Source of the DNA: Macrostomum lignano
Lineage: Eukaryota
Assembly: GCA_002269645.1 (NCBI GenBank)
Contig: NIVC01000835.1
Span: forward strand, 186,001-250,000
Direction of reading: 5' to 3'
Length of the DNA stretch: 64,000 nucleotides
In this document: positions 26,155 through 39,400 of the stretch, one piece after another
How positions within the stretch are numbered: the first letter of the stretch is position 1
Layout: every line of letters starts with the position of its first letter
The notes under the pieces: model-generated
Told to the model about the DNA's origin: nothing
The model's database searches: none
The model's input: the letters and a program-made list of their open reading frames with translations, nothing else
Position numbers and translations under genes: made by a program

Positions 26155-26885
26155 AGCCTGCTAAAAAGGGGTGCGCCAAGCTTGCTGAAAGGGGGGGCGC
26201 CAAGCTTGCTGAAAAGGGGGGGGGGCCAAGCTTGCCAAAAAAGGAGGGGGGCGCCAAGCTTGCTGAAAAGGAGGGGGCGCCAAGCTTGCTAAAAGGGGGG
26301 GGCGCCAAGCTTGCTGAAAGGGGGGGCGCCAAGCTTGCTGAAAAGGGGGGGCCAAGCTTGCCAAAAAAGGAGGGGGGCGCCAAGCTTGCTGAAAAGGAGG
26401 GGGGCGCCAAGCTTGCTGAAAGGGGGGGGCGCCAAGCCTGCTGAAAAGGGGGGCGCCAAGCTTGCTGAAAAGGGGGGGCCAAGCTTGCCAAAAAGGGGGG
26501 GCGCCAAGCTTGCTGAAAAGGAGGGGGGCGCCAAGCTTGCTGAAAGGGGGGGGGGCGCCAAGCTTGCCAAAAAGGGGGGGCGCCAAGCTTGCTGAAAAGG
26601 AGGGGGGGCGCCAAGCTTGCTGAAAGGGGGGGGGGCGCCAAGCCTGCTGAAAAGGGGGGGCGCCAAGCTTGCTGAAAAGGGGGGCCAAGCCTGCTAAAAA
26701 GGGGGGCCCCAAGCCTGCTGAAAAGGGGGGGGTGCCAAGCTTGCTGAAAAGGGGGGCCAAGCCTGCTAAAAAGGGGGGTGCCAAGCTTGCTGAAGGGGGG
26801 GGGCGCCAAGCTTGCTGAAAAGGGGGGGGGGCGCCAAGCTTGCTGAAAAGGAGGGGGGGCGCCAAGCTTGCTGAAGGGGGGGCGG
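26155..26885. repeat. G-rich ~26-30 bp tandem array (G6-10 CGCCAAGCTTGCTGAAAA)
   Basis: Read directly; G-run lengths vary. Confidence 0.95.
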
Positions 26886-27905
26886 ATTTAAATGAAGCCT
26901 TTAAATTTTTTCCAAGAAATAAAGGCCTAAGAAAAACAGAAGGCGGGGTTCTGGCAGGGACTCCTAAAAATACGAACTAGCATCCATAGCGGTGATTATC
27001 TCTAGAAGTCGCGGGTTCTAGCTTCTGTATAATGAATAAAAGATTGAAACCGAACTTCAAATGTAAGATGCCTGACACACCCAGCCTGTCTATAACGCAG
27101 AGAATGGTCAGCAGCAGCAGTAGCAGTGTAGAGGGGCGGAGCGGAGCGGTTTAAGTCTAATGAGGCTTTTTCAACTGGAGAGCAACGGCCCAAGACGTGG
27201 CAAAGCAGAAGGATCCGCCAGAGTAAGTGGAGAGAGAGAGAGAAAGAGACTCAGCACCAATGTGTTTTTTTCTTTCATATTTCTTATGCCTCCTCGTGTG
27301 CAGTGCAGGATCAGCAAATTTGAGGCGACCGACAGGAAAGACGAGAAGAACAGACAGGAGAGAAAGAAGAAAAAAGAAGAAAAAAGAGAGATGCCGCCAG
27401 CACCTGGAAGGTGGAAGGCGGGCGAGGTGAGGGCGGCGGCGGCGGTGTTGGGGGGGGGGTTGGTGTTGGGCGTCCCTCTTGTGGGGCAAAAAGGCGACCC
27501 CTGCTGGCGGGCGGCGGCAACCGTTAAAAGGTATAGAAAAAATATTAGCACTGCGCAGTGCAGCAGTCGGGTGTGTGTGTGTGTGCCTGAGGTGCGTGTT
27601 GTGTGCTAAGAGAGGAAGGTGGAGAAGGTCAGGCTCGACCACCCAATGGCGGCGCGGCGCAGGCTTAAAGCAGATCATGGGTGAGATTTTTTTGAAATTG
27701 GTACCGAAAAAAAATCGAGAATTCATTTCAACAGTTTGCGAAAAAAAATTTTGTTAAGCTGAATTTTTAGCTAAGCAATTAAAACTATTTTTTTAACATT
27801 TGAACTATTTGCAAGCTTTTACAACTTGTGAGGCAAAAAGATGGGGTTCAGAAGCTGAGGTTTTTATGCTCAAGTAGCTCGTACTCGCCCGTTACAGTCG
27901 CTTAG

Positions 27906-28290
27906 GGACTCAGGATCCCAGATCGACTCAGGATCCCAAATCGACTAAGAATCCCAGATCGACTCAGGATCCCAAATCGACTCAGGATCCCAGATCGACT
28001 CAGGATCCCAGATCTACGCAGGATCCTAGATCGACTCAGAATCCCATTTCGACTCAGGATCCCAGATCGACTCAGGATCCCAAATCGACTAAGAATCCCA
28101 GATCGACTCAGGATCCCAGATCGACTCAGGATCCCATTTCGACTCAGGATCCCAGATCGACTCAGGATCCCAAATCGACTCAGGATCCCAGATCGACTCA
28201 GAATCACATATCGACTCAGGATCCCAGATCGACTCAGGATCCCATATCGCCTCCGAATGCCAGATCGACTCTGGGTCCCAGATCGCCTAC
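27906..28290. repeat. 18-bp tandem array (GATCGACTCAGGATCCCA)
   Basis: Read directly. Confidence 0.95.
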
Positions 28291-28335
28291 CGTGTGTGAG
28301 AATGAGAGACCAGACTGCTTCACACGAAACCTCCA

Positions 28336-28590
28336 ATTGGAGTGACCAGATTGTCACACTGCACTCCCTGCTTGAGTGACCAGATTGTCACACTGCACTC
28401 CCTGCTTGAGTGACCAGATTGTCACACTGCACTCCCTGCTTGAGTGACCAGATTGTCACACTGCACTCCCTGCTCGAGTGACCAGATTGTCACACTGCAC
28501 TCCCTGCTTGAGTGACCAGATTGTCACACTGCACTCCATGCTTGAGTGACCAGATTGTCACACTGCACTCCCTGCATGAGTGATCAGACT
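28336..28590. repeat. 34-bp tandem array (CTTGAGTGACCAGATTGTCACACTGCACTCCCTG), about 7 units
   Basis: Period 34 (28371 to 28405); internal GTGAC...GTCAC inverted repeat; no spacers. Confidence 0.94.
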
Positions 28591-29398
28591 GTTTCACGCA
28601 CTGCTCTCTCCTCACCCATGTGCTTGTGACCAGAATAGCCGCTAACCTCGGGCAGAAGCAGAAACTTCTCCCGTTCGATCTGTTCAAACTCTGAAAATGA
28701 AATTATCGATCGAACCGCATAGCCAACCCCCAACTCCCCAAACTCCCAGGTCCGGTTCCGCAATCCTTCCTTTTCCTCTTTTCCTTTGTTGCCAGCCGAC
28801 TGCTGCAGAGCTTGCCGCGGCAGGAGACGGCAACTCCCCCCCCCAAACTGGGGGATGCGAAGATCGGATGAGGAAAAAATGGGGGGAGGAAGTTGTCTTT
28901 TGTGGGCTCAGCCAGCAGCACTGCAGTGCTTAGAAATTGCTGGCAGACGCCCCTCCTCAGCTCTTTCTTTTTAAGCCGACCGCCCAACCGCAATTGCTCA
29001 CTCAGACTCAATTTCGGCTCAATACGAGACGGGAGAAATGGAATAAAAAGCCGTATTTTGCTGTGAGGAAGACAGCCAGTTTGAGCTGGGCGGAGTATAC
29101 CGGGGGGGGGTGGGGAGAGACAGCTCGCAGTGCAAACTTCCTTATTTCATTTTTCTCTGCCTTTTTCTTCCTTTTCTCTCTCTCTCTCTTGTGCGCGCCT
29201 GCCGTCCTTGAGGATTCAAAAAGATCTCGAGATAGAAGCTGGACACAGTAAATAACGGCTCGTACGGCTTTTTAAACCATTCAAATCATTTCAAATCCGT
29301 CTGTTCCTCAGGTTTAAAATAAGGATTTTGTCGAAATTGGACATAAAAAATTGATTCAGAAAAGTTTACTAGATGGAGCGGGGGCACTTGGACCTCCC

Positions 29399-29845
29399 CA
29401 GGGGCGTCGCCATGGATTTTATGGTGGGGGGAGGGACAAAGCCAAGAATTTCACATGTACATGACTAAATTCCTACATATACATTATTTTGAGAATCGGT
29501 GTTGTTAGCACTCCTTTTGGCGCCATGGGCAGGCACTCCTTTTGGCGCCGCAGGCACTCATTTTGGCGCCACGAGCAGGCACTCATTTTGGCGCCATGGG
29601 CAGGCACTCATTTTGGCGCCATGGGCAGGCACTCATTTTGGCACTGCAGACACTCATTTTGGTGCCGCAGACACTCATTTTGGCGCCAAATGCGCTTTAT
29701 TTTACATTAGCAAAACTATTGATTTTCACAATGGGTCACAAGGTGGGGTTGGGAGGGAGTACAAAGCATTGGCATTGGCATGTCCCCCCATAGCTTTTAC
29801 TGGTGGGGGACATGTCCCCCCTGTCCCCCGGTGGCGACGCCCCTG
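29399..29845. mobile_element. MITE-like element, 447 bp, with 14-bp perfect TIRs and an internal 24-bp tandem repeat
   Basis: CAGGGGCGTCGCCA at 29399-29412 and TGGCGACGCCCCTG at 29832-29845; no TSD detected. Confidence 0.7.
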
Positions 29846-29979
29846 CGAGTATTGCCCCTTCTCCCAGTCCGGCAGTGGTCTAGGTTTAAACCAAGATATT
29901 GAAATCTTAGTTATTTCTTTATTTTCTTTTAAATTAGTTCAATTGAGAGTTGTGACTCCAGTTCCTGGTCCGAGGCCTC

Positions 29980-30021
<42 letters not shown>

Positions 30022-30480
30022 CGTCCGTCTGCGTCTCTGTGTGAGCACAGCCGCCGCCGCCATCGCTGAGACAGCTCGGAGAAGAAGGAGAATTTATGCG
30101 ATGAATGGAATGGAACTGAATGAATAGATCTAGATGGGATGAAAGCCGCGCATGGAGTGGGGAGGGGATCAGGATGGACGAAATTGATGCAGCCCACCGC
30201 CGCCAGCTGTCTCAGTCAGTCGCGCCGCCCGGACGCCCCACCCGTCGTCCGATTTCTCTCATGTTTGCCGCCCGAAGCCTGAAGCAGATGCGGCTCTCTC
30301 TTTCTTTGCCGACGCCTTTTGCCAGTCAATGCAAAAGAGCAATTTTTCTCGCTCCGTGCTAAACTGTCTTTTTCATCCGATCGGAGCTTGCACAGATCCC
30401 TGAAATACAAAATACGCTTGTGAAATACAAGCGCGATAATTGGGGGTCAGTCGGCTGCTGGGCGGGACAACTATGGCACA

Positions 30481-33400
30481 TTCTTGCGGTGGTTTGTGGT
30501 GATTCTTGAGTTGGTTTGGGGCGATTCTTGAGTTGGTTTGAGGCGATTCTTGCGTTGGTTTGGGGCGATTCTTGCGGTGGTTTGAGGGCGATTCTTGCGG
30601 TGGTTTGAGGCGATTCTTGCGGTGGTTTGAGGCGATTCTTGCGGTGGTTTGAGGCGGTTCTTGCGTTGGTTTGGGAGCGATTCTTGGGGTGGTTTGAGGC
30701 GATTCTTGCGGTGGTTTGAGGCGGTTCTTGCGTTGGTTTGGGAGCGATTCTTGGGGTGGTTTGAGGCGATTCTTGCGGTGGTTTGAGGCGATTCTTGCGT
30801 TGGTTTGAGGCGATTCTTGCGTTGGTTTGAGGCGATTCTTGCGGTGCTTTGAGGCGATTCTTGCGTTGGTTTGAGGCGATTCTTGGGTTTGAGGCGATTC
30901 TTGGGTTTGAGGCGATTCTTGCGGTGCTTTGAGGCGATTCTTGCGTTGGTTTGAGGCGATTCTTGCGGTGGTTTGAGGCGATTCTTGCGGTGGTTTGAGG
31001 CGATTCTTGGGTTTGAGGCGATTCTTGGGTTTAAGGCGATTCTTGGGGTGGTTTGAGGCGATTCTTGCGTTGGTTTGAGGCGATTCTTGGGTTTGAGGCG
31101 ATTCTTGGGGTGGTTTGAGGCGATTCTTGCGGTGGTTTGAGGCGATTCTTGGGGTGGTTTGAGGCGATTCTTGGGTTTGAGGCGATTCTTGGGGTGGTTT
31201 GAGGCGATTCTTGCGGTGGTTTGAGGCGATTCTTGCGTTGGTTTGAGGCGATTCTTGCGTTGGTTTGAGGCGATTCTTGGGGTGGTTTGAGGCGATTCTT
31301 GCGTTGGTTTGAGGCGATTCTTGGGGTGGTTTGAGGCGATTCTTGCGGTGGTTTGAGGCGATTCTTGGGGTGGTTTGAGGCGATTCTTGCGTTGGTTTGA
31401 GGCGATTCTTGCGTTGGTTTGAGGCGATTCTTGGGGTGGTTTGAGGCGATTCTTGCGTTGGTTTGAGGCGATTCTTGGGGTGGTTTGAGGCGATTCTTGC
31501 GGTGGTTTGAGGCGATTCTTGGGGTGGTTTGAGGCGATTCTTGCGTTTGTTTGAGGCGATTCTTGCGTTGGTTTGAGGCGATTCTTGGGGTGGTTTGAGG
31601 CGATTCTTGCGGTGGTTTGAGGCGATTCTTGGGGTGGTTTGAGGCGATTCTTGCGTTGGTTTGAGGCGATTCTTGCGTTGGTTTGAGGCGATTCTTGGGG
31701 TGGTTTGAGGCGATTCTTGCGGTGGTTTGAGGCGATTCTTGGGGTGGTTTGAGGCGATTCTTGCGTTGGTTTGAGGCGATTCTTGCGTTGGTTTGAGGCG
31801 ATTCTTGGGGTGGTTTGAGGCGATTCTTGCGTTGGTTTGGGGTGGCGATTCTTTGGGTGGTTTGTGGCGATTCTTGAGTTGGTTTGTGGCGATTCCTGAG
31901 TTGGTTTGTGGCGATTCTTTGGGTGGTTTGTGGCGATTCTTGCGGTGGTCTGTGGCGATTCTTGAGTTGGTTTGTGGCGATTCTTTGGGTAATTTGTGGC
32001 GATTCTTGCGGTGGTTTGAGGCGATTCTTGAGTTGGTTTGTGGCGATTCTTGCGTTGGTTTGAGGCGATTCTTGGGGTGGTTTGAGGCGATTCTTGCGTT
32101 GGTTTGAGGCGATTCTTGGGTTTGAGGCGATTCTTGCGGTGGTTTGAGGCGATTCTTGGGTTTGAGGCGATTCTTGGGGTGGTTTGAGGCGATTCTTGGG
32201 TTTGAGGCGATTCTTGCGGTGCTTTGAGGCGATTCTTGGGTTTGAGGCGATTCTTGGGGTGGTTTGAGGCGATTCTTGCGGTAGTTTGAGGCGATTCTTG
32301 GGGTGGTTTGAGGCGATTCTTGCGTTGGTTTGAGGCGATTCTTGCGGTGCTTTGAGGCGATTCTTGGGTTTGAGGCGATTCTTGGGGTGGTTTGAGGCGA
32401 TTCTTGCGGTGGTTTGAGGCGATTCTTGCGTTGGTTTGAGGCGATTCTTGCGTTGGTTTGAGGCGATTCTTGCGTTGGTTTGAGGCGATTCTTGGGGTGG
32501 TTTGAGGCGATTCTTGCGTTGGTTTGAGGCGATTCTTGGGGTGGTTTGAGGCGATTCTTGAGTTGGTTTGGGGTGGCGACTCTTTGGGTGGTTTGTGGCG
32601 ATTCTTGAGTTGGTTTGTGGCGATTCTTTGGGTGGTTTGTGGCGATTCTTGCGGTGGTCTGTGGCGATTCTTGAGTTGGTTTGTGGCGATTCTTTGGGTG
32701 GTTTGTGGCGATTCTTGCGGTGGTTTGAGGCGATTCTTGAGTTGGTTTGAGGCGATTCTTGCGTTGGTTTGAGGCGATTCTTGGGGTGGTTTGAGGCGAT
32801 TCTTGCGTTGGTTTGAGGCGATTCTTGGGTTTGAGGCGATTCTTGCGGTGGTTTGAGGCGATTCTTGGGTTTGAGGCGATTCTTGCGTTGGTTTGAGGCG
32901 ATTCTTGCGTTGGTTTGAGGCGATTCTTGCGTTGGTTTGAGGCGATTCTTGCGTTGGTTTGAGGCGATTCTTGCGGTGGTTTGAGGCGATTCTTGCGTTG
33001 GTTTGAGGCGATTCTTGCGGTGGTTTGAGGCGATTCTTGCGTTGGTTTGAGGCGATTCTTGCGGTGCTTTGAGGCGATTCTTGCGTTGGTTTGAGGCGAT
33101 TCTTGCTGTGCTTTGAGGCGATTCTTGGGTTTGAGGCGATTCTTGGGGTGGTTTGAGGCGATTCTTGCGGTGGTTTGAGGCGATTCTTGGGGTGGTTTGA
33201 GGCGATTCTTGCGTTGGTTTGAGGCGATTCTTGCGTTGGTTTGAGGCGATTCTTGGGGTGGTTTGAGGCGATTCTTGCGGTGGTTTGAGGCGATTCTTGC
33301 GTTGGTTTGAGGCGATTCTTGCGTTGGTTCGAGGCGATTCTTGGGGTGGTTTGAGGCGATTCTTGCGTTGGTTTGAGGCGATTCTTGGGGTGGTTTGAGG

Positions 33401-36400
33401 CGATTCTTGAGTTGGTTTGGGGTGGCGATTCTTTGGGTGGTTTGTGGCGATTCTTGAGTTGGTTTGTGGCGATTCTTGAGTTGGTTTGTGGCGATTGTTT
33501 GGGTGGTTTGTGGCGATTCTTGCGGTGGTCTGTGGCGATTCTTGAGTTGGTTTGTGGCGATTCTTTGGGTGGTTTGTGGCGATTCTTGCGGTGGTTTGAG
33601 GCGATTCTTGCGTTGGTTTGAGGCGATTCTTGCGTTGGTTTGAGGCGATTCTTGGGGTGGTTTGAGGCGATTCTTGCGTTGGTTTGAGGCGATTCTTGGG
33701 TTTGAGGCGAATCTTGCGGTGGTTTGAGGCGATTCTTGGGTTTGAGGCGATTCTTGGGGTGGTTTGAGGCGATTCTTGGGTTTGAGGCGATTCTTGCGGT
33801 GCTTTGAGGCGATTCTTGGGTTTGAGGCGATTCTTGGGGTGGTTTGAGGCGATTCTTGCGGTGGTTTGAGGCGATTCTTGGGGTGGTTTGAGGCGATTCT
33901 TGCGTTGGTTTGAGGCGATTCTTGCGGTGCTTTGAGGCGATTCTTGGGTTTGAGGCGATTCTTGGGGTGGTTTGAGGCGATTCTTGTGGTGGTTTGAGGC
34001 GATTCTTGCGTTGGTTTGAGGCGATTCTTGCGGTGCTTTGAGGCGATTCTTGCGTTGGTTTGAGGCGATTCTTGGGGTGGTTTGAGGCGATTCTTGCGTT
34101 GGTTTGAGGCGATTCTTGCGTTGGTTTGAGGCGATTCTTGGGGTGGTTTGAGGCGATTCTTGGGGTGGTTTGAGGCGATTCTTGGGGTGGTTTGAGGCGA
34201 TTCTTGAGTTGGTTTGGGGTGGCGATTCTTTGGGTGGTTTGTGGCGATTCTTGAGTTGGTTTGTGGCGATTCTTGAGTTGGTTTGTGGCGATTCTTTGGG
34301 TGGTTTGTGGCGATTCTTGCGGTGGTCTGTGGCGATTCTTGAGTTGGTTTGTGGCGATTCTTTGGGTGGTTTGAGGCGATTCTTGCGGTGGTTTGAGGCG
34401 ATTCTTGAGTTGGTTTGTGGCGATTCTTGCGTTGGTTTGAGGCGATTCTTGCGGTGCTTTGAGGCGATTCTTGGGTTTGAGGCGATTCTTGGGTTTGAGG
34501 CGATTCTTGCGGTGGTTTGAGGCGATTCTTGGGTTTGAGGCGATTCTTGGGGTGGTTTGAGGCGATTCTTGGGTTTGAGGCGATTCTTGCGGTGGTTTGA
34601 GGCGATTCTTGCGGTGCTTTGAGGCGATTCTTGGGTTTGAGGCGATTCTTGGGGTGGTTTGAGGCGATTCTTGCGGTGGTTTGAGGCGATTCTTGGGGTG
34701 GTTTGAGGCGATTCTTGCGTTGGTTTGAGGCGATTCTTGCGGTGCTTTGAGGCGATTCTTGGGTTTGAGGCGATTCTTGGGGTGGTTTGAGGCGATTCTT
34801 GCGGTGGTTTGAGGCGATTCTTGCGGTGGTTTGAGACGATTCTTGCGGTGCTTTGAGGCGATTCTTGCGTTGGTTTGAGGCGATTCTTGCGTTGGTTTGA
34901 GGCGATTCTTGGGGTGGTTTGAGGCGATTCTTGCGTTGGTTTGAGGCGATTCTTGGGGTGGTTTGAGGCGATTCTTGTGGTGGTTTGAGGCGATTCTTGC
35001 GTTGGTTTGAGGCGATTCTTGCGGTGCTTTGAGGCGATTCTTGCGTTGGTTTGAGGCGATTCTTGGGGTGGTTTGAGGCGATTCTTGCGTTGGTTTGAGG
35101 CGATTCTTGCGTTGGTTTGAGGCGATTCTTGGGGTGGTTTGAGGCGATTCTTGCGTTGGTTTGAGGCGATTCTTGGGGTGGTTTGAGGCGATTCTTGAGT
35201 TGGTTTGGGGTGGCGATTCTTTGGGTGGTTTGTGGCGATTCTTGAGTTGGTTTGTGGCGATTCTTGAGTTGGTTTGTGGCGATTCTTTGGGTGGTTTGTG
35301 GCGATTCTTGCGGTGGTCTGTGGCGATTCTTGAGTTGGTTTGTGGCGATTCTTTGGGTGGTTTGAGGCGATTCTTGCGGTGGTTTGAGGCGATTCTTGAG
35401 TTGGTTTGTGGCGATTCTTGCGTTGGTTTGAGGCGATTCTTGGGGTGGTTTGAGGCGATTCTTGCGTTGGTTTGAGGCGATTCTTGGGTTTGAGGCGATT
35501 CTTGCGGTGGTTTGAGGCGATTCTTGGGTTTGAGGCGATTCTTGGGGTGGTTTGAGGCGATTCTTGGGTTTGAGGCGATTCTTGCGGTGGTTTGAGGCGA
35601 TTCTTGCGGTGCTTTGAGGCGATTCTTGGGTTTGAGGCGATTCTTGGGGTGGTTTGAGGCGATTCTTGCGGTGGTTTGAGGCGATTCTTGGGGTGGTTTG
35701 AGGCGATTCTTGCGTTGGTTTGAGGCGATTCTTGCGGTGCTTTGAGGCGATTCTTGGGTTTGAGGCGATTCTTGGGGTGGTTTGAGGCGATTCTTGCGGT
35801 GGTTTGAGGCGATTCTTGCGGTGGTTTGAGACGATTCTTGCGGTGCTTTGAGGCGATTCTTGCGTTGGTTTGAGGCGATTCTTGCGTTGGTTTGAGGCGA
35901 TTCTTGGGTGGTTTGAGGCGATTCTTGCGTTGGTTTGAGGCGATTCTTGGGGTGGTTTGAGGCGATTCTTGCGGTGGTTTGAGGCGATTCTTGGGGTGGT
36001 TTGAGGCGATTCTTGCGTTGGTTTGAGGCGATTCTTGCGTTGGTTTGAGGCGATTCTTTGGGTGGTTTGAGGCGATTCTTGCGTTGGTTTGAGGCGATTC
36101 TTGGGGTGGTTTGAGGCGATTCTTGAGTTGGTTTGGGGTGGCGATTCTTTGGGTGGTTTGAGGCGATTCTTGGGGTGGTTTGTGGCGATTCTTTGGGTGG
36201 TCTGTGGCGATTCTTGAGTTGGTTTGTGGCGATTCTTGGGGTGGTTTGAGGCGATTCTTGGGGTGGTTTGTGGTGATTTTTAGGGTGGTTTGTGGTGATT
36301 TTTAGGGTTGTTTGGGGCGATTCTCGCGGTGGTTTGGGGCGATTCTTGAGTTGGTTTGGGGTGATTCTTGCGGTGGTTTGAGGGCGATTCTTGCGGTGGT

Positions 36401-39400
36401 TTGAGGCGATTCTTGAGTTGGTTTGGGGTGATTCTTGCGGTGGTTTGAGGGCGATTCTTGCGGTGGTTTGAGGCGATTCTTGCGGTGGTTTGAGGCGATT
36501 CTTGCGTTGGTTTGAGGCGATTCTTGCGTTGGTTTGAGGCGATTCTTGCGTTGGTTTGAGGCGATTCTTGGGGTGGTTTGAGGCGATTCTTGCGTTGGTT
36601 TGAGGCGATTCTTGAGTTGGTTTGTGGCGATTCTTTGGGTGGTTTGTGGCGATTCTTGCGGTGGTCTGTGGCGATTCTTGAGTTGGTTTGTGGCGATTCT
36701 TTGGGTGGTTTGAGGCGATTCTTGCGGTGGTTTGAGGCGATTCTTGAGTTGGTTTGTGGCGATTCTTGCGTTGGTTTGAGGCGATTCTTGGGGTGGTTTG
36801 AGGCGATTCTTGCGTTGGTTTGAGGCGATTCTTGGGTTTGAGGCGATTCTTGCGGTGGTTTGAGGCGATTCTTGGGTTTGAGGCGATTCTTGGGGTGGTT
36901 TGAGGCGATTCTTGGGTTTGAGGCGATTCTTGCGGTGGTTTGAGGCGATTCTTGCGGTGCTTTGAGGCGATTCTTGGGTTTGAGGCGATTCTTGGGGTGG
37001 TTTGAGGCGATTCTTGCGGTGGTTTGAGGCGATTCTTGGGGTGGTTTGAGGCGATTCTTGCGTTGGTTTGAGGCGATTCTTGCGGTGCTTTGAGGCGATT
37101 CTTGGGGTGGTTTGAGGCGATTCTTGGGGTGGTTTGAGGCGATTCTTGCGGTGGTTTGAGGCGATTCTTGCGGTGGTTTGAGACGATTCTTGCGGTGCTT
37201 TGAGGCGATTCTTGCGTTGGTTTGAGGCGATTCTTGCGTTGGTTTGAGGCGATTCTTGGGGTGGTTTGAGGCGATTCTTGCGTTGGTTTGAGGCGATTCT
37301 TGGGGTGGTTTGAGGCGATTCTTGCGGTGGTTTGAGGCGATTCTTGGGGTGGTTTGAGGCGATTCTTGCGTTGGTTTGAGGCGATTCTTGCGTTGGTTTG
37401 AGGCGATTCTTTGGGTGGTTTGAGGCGATTCTTGCGTTGGTTTGAGGCGATTCTTGGGGTGGTTTGAGGCGATTCTTGAGTTGGTTTGGGGTGGCGATTC
37501 TTTGGGTGGTTTGAGGCGATTCTTGGGGTGGTTTGTGGCGATTCTTTGGGTGGTCTGTGGCGATTCTTGAGTTGGTTTGTGGCGATTCTTGGGGTGGTTT
37601 GAGGCGATTCTTGGGGTGGTTTGTGGTGATTTTTAGGGTGGTTTGTGGTGATTTTTAGGGTTGTTTGGGGGCGATTCTCGCGGTGGTTTGGGGCGATTCT
37701 TGAGTTGGTTTGGGGTGATTCTTGCGGTGGTTTGAGGGCGATTCTTGCGGTGGTTTGAGGCGATTCTTGAGTTGGTTTGGGGTGATTCTTGCGGTGGTTT
37801 GAGGGCGATTCTTGCGGTGGTTTGAGGCGATTCTTGCGGTGGTTTGAGGCGATTCTTGCGTTGGTTTGAGGCGATTCTTGCGTTGGTTTGAGGCGATTCT
37901 TGCGTTGGTTTGAGGCGATTCTTGGGGTGGTTTGAGGCGATTCTTGCGTTGGTTTGAGGCGATTCTTGGGGTGGTTTGAGGCGATTCTTGCGGTGGTTTG
38001 AGGCGATTCTTGGGTGGTTTGAGGCGATTCTTGCGTTGGTTTGAGGCGATTCTTGCGTTGGTTTGAGGCGATTCTTGGGGTGGTTTGAGGCGATTCTTGC
38101 GTTGGTTTGAGGCGATTCTTGGGTGGTTTGAGGCGATTCTTGCGGTGGTTTGAGGCGATTCTTGGGGTGGTTTGAGGCGATTCTTGCGTTTGTTTGAGGC
38201 GATTCTTGCGTTGGTTTGAGGCGATTCTTGGGTGGTTTGAGGCGATTCTTGCGGTGGTTTGAGGCGATTCTTGGGGTGGTTTGAGGCGATTCTTGCGTTG
38301 GTTTGAGGCGATTCTTGCGTTGGTTTGAGGCGATTCTTGGGGTGGTTTGAGGCGATTCTTGCGGTGGTTTGAGGCGATTCTTGGGGTGGTTTGAGGCGAT
38401 TCTTGCGTTGGTTTGAGGCGATTCTTGCGTTGGTTTGAGGCGATTCTTTGGGTGGTTTGAGGCGATTCTTGCGTTGGTTTGAGGCGATTCTTGGGGTGGT
38501 TTGAGGCGATTCTTGAGTTGGTTTGGGGTGGCGATTCTTTGGGTGGTTTGAGGCGATTCTTGGGGTGGTTTGTGGCGATTCTTTGGGTGGTCTGTGGCGA
38601 TTCTTGAGTTGGTTTGTGGCGATTCTTGGGGTGGTTTGAGGCGATTCTTGGGTGGTTTGTGGTGATTTTTAGGGTGGTTTGTGGTGATTTTTAGGGTTGT
38701 TTGGGGCGATTCTCGCGGTGGTTTGGGGCGATTCTTGAGTTGGTTTGGGGTGATTCTTGCGGTGGTTTGAGGGCGATTCTTGCGGTGGTTTGAGGCGATT
38801 CTTGAGTTGGTTTGGGGTGATTCTTGCGGTGGTTTGAGGGCGATTCTTGCGGTGGTTTGAGGCGATTCTTGCGGTGGTTTGAGGCGATTCTTGCGTTGGT
38901 TTGAGGCGATTCTTGCGTTGGTTTGAGGCGATTCTTGGGGTGGTTTGAGGCGATTCTTGCGTTGGTTTGAGGCGATTCTTGGGTGGTTTGAGGCGATTCT
39001 TGCGGTGGTTTGAGGCGATTCTTGGGGTGGTTTGAGGCGATTCTTGCGTTGGTTTGAGGCGATTCTTGGGGTGGTTTGAGGCGATTCTTGCGTTGGTTTG
39101 AGGCGATTCTTGGGGTGGTTTGAGGCGATTCTTGAGTTGGTTTGGGGTGGCGATTCTTTGGGTGGTTTGAGGCGATTCTTGGGGTGGTTTGTGGCGATTC
39201 TTTGGGTGGTCTGTGGCGATTCTTGAGTTGGTTTGTGGCGATTCTTGGGGTGGTTTGAGGCGATTCTTGGGGTGGTTTGTGGTGATTTTTAGGGTGGTTT
39301 GTGGTGATTTTTAGGGTGGTTTGGGGGCGATTCTCGCGGTGGTTTGGGGCGATTCTTGAGTTGGTTTGGGGTGATTCTTGCGGTGGTTTGAGGGCGATTC

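Noticed and set aside
27157-27757. Overlapping 60-190 aa ORFs in a GC-rich island
   Set aside because: No recognisable motif; open in several frames on both strands because of low-complexity GC content.
28336-28590. CRISPR-like palindromic 34-bp repeats
   Set aside because: Units are contiguous with no unique spacers; eukaryotic context and no cas genes.
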